From Carcharhinus longimanus (lineage: Eukaryota): 64,000 nucleotides of DNA. The stretch's first letter is position 1. Every line of letters begins with the position of its first letter. The DNA is taken from contig JASCQW010000168.1 of NCBI GenBank assembly GCA_030264375.1, positions 12,438,752 through 12,502,751 of the forward strand. The letters are read 5' to 3'. The notes beneath the pieces are model-generated. The model saw only the letters and a list, made by a program, of their open reading frames with translations. It had not been told where the DNA came from and did not search any database. Shown here piece after piece: positions 62,461 through 64,000 of the stretch. The translations under genes and the position numbers were made by a program.

Positions 62461-64000
62461 GAACAATTTCTTGGTACTTTGTATAGTTAAAGTTTAACTG
62501 TTCAATTGCAGCACTTCCTTTCATAAAGCAAATTGTTACTTTGTATGATATCTCAGCTTCCTATTTTAAATGAGTATCTTTTTATTGCCCCTTTGAAATC
62601 TAGTTTTAGCAGGTACACATGAAAGCCATAAAATATGATTTGCTATCGACTCACAGCTGCATCGCCTGGTGTGGCTTCTCTGCAAAGCTGAGCCCTTTTT
62701 AAAAAAAAATTAAACAGTTTCAGACCCCGGGAGTTCAGAAATTTCAGCTGACTTTTACTGTCACTAGCTCGAGCACCTTTATCCCCAGGCGAACAGCAGC
62801 AGCTGGAATTTATTTCCCGCTGCCAGACAGTCCAACTGTTTTATGATACATCCAGAAATTCACTTTCTTTAATATTCGAACCTTTTATTCAAGGTGACAG
62901 CTGCTCACACGTTGCTGTACAGAGCACCTCAAGTAGCGAGAGTTTTCAGAAAAAATGAGTGTCCCGCCGTTACAAGCTCACAATGTAGAATGACTGAGGT
63001 TATCCCTAGGCCTCTGAGCCCCAACCTCCTTGACAGAACAACCGCTGGTAACATAAAACTTGACTACAGTTTGTAATGATGTCTGGGGAAAACTAGGCGG
63101 AGGAGCAGCAGAGAGTACTGCAAGTGATAGGAGATGATGTCAGATTCAGTTAGAAGTGCAGACAGTGTTCGAATATGGTTGGCACTAATATGGTACCAGT
63201 ATCTTTCTCCTCATATCTGTTTTCTGTCACTGCTCACAATTCTGGGCCTGTCTCCACAACTGACAATGTCTTTTCAGATCACGTTATTGCCAGCACAGAG
63301 TGCACTCAGCACATCATCACTCAGCTCCTTTGTTTGAAGCCTGGTCTTTTGTCATTAATGCACTTGATATCTATTTAAAACTGCCGGAGAATATGGGATC
63401 TGTTTTCCTGTCTCGAGATCATTGACAATATTAATACCACATGTCCTTGCTTCATATTCTAAGCGCTGACACCTAGCTGCAGTCTCCTGCATTCATCAAG
63501 TGGCTCTTTCACCAGGATGTCTGTTAACAGTCCTGTTTCTAATCCGTCAGTAACACCAGCAGATTGCAATCACCAACTGTTAACATAGCCTACAAAAACA
63601 TGTTCTTAACAAGTCACTTCATTTATTTTATTTTGGTGATGGGGTGAGAGGGTTGGCGGGCTGGAGAGGAGCATGATAAATCTAGCGTGTAAAGGGCAGA
63701 AGCCTAAATTGTTTCTGGAAAGAACTGATCCGGATAGCCTGAAGGCATTGAGTGTTAAACATTGGCCAGATATCCCTACAGCTGAGAGTTTGTAACCCAG
63801 TCAAATCATGCAGCCTCTGTCAGCATCTATGCTTCAAGCTTATCAATGGAATCAATAGCCTGCCCGGCTGACCTTGGGTCAAAGTACAAATGCCAAGAAC
63901 TCACTCTTTTGTTTACTGTCCTTCTCCAAGTTTGGCCAGTGACTTTGTTGAGTGCTATGCCTGTTGTCAGTACAGTTGGGCACCTTGATAAAATTTTCTG

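Overview
AT-rich vertebrate genomic DNA, very probably from a shark. This is inferred from the HE1/V-type SINEs, DeuSINE-like elements and shark-type CR1 and Penelope repeats. The window is intronic or intergenic and has many N gaps. I could not support any intact host protein-coding gene, tRNA, rRNA or CRISPR array, and almost every interpretable ORF in the track is a decayed transposon fragment. The repeats found are CR1, L2, Rex1/Babar and RTE LINE remnants, a rearranged Gypsy LTR element, Penelope-like elements (a GIY-YIG remnant and short fold-back copies), several SINE families and MITEs. Between them lie unique CpG-retaining, homeobox-motif-rich blocks that look like conserved non-coding elements. 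Five observations stand out. (1) Small Penelope-derived fold-back insertions carry 11-15 bp target-site duplications (TSDs), and longer copies carry hammerhead-ribozyme-like cores. (2) One SINE head and body occurs with two alternative 3' tails, one CR1-like and one matching the local Rex1 3' end. (3) A LINE with a tRNA/SINE-like 5' head and no ORF1 occurs together with its head+tail bipartite SINE. (4) There is a nested RTE/SINE/Rex1 insertion. (5) There is a scrambled Gypsy locus. Family names come from motif recognition by eye, not database searches, and boundaries are approximate unless TSDs are given.
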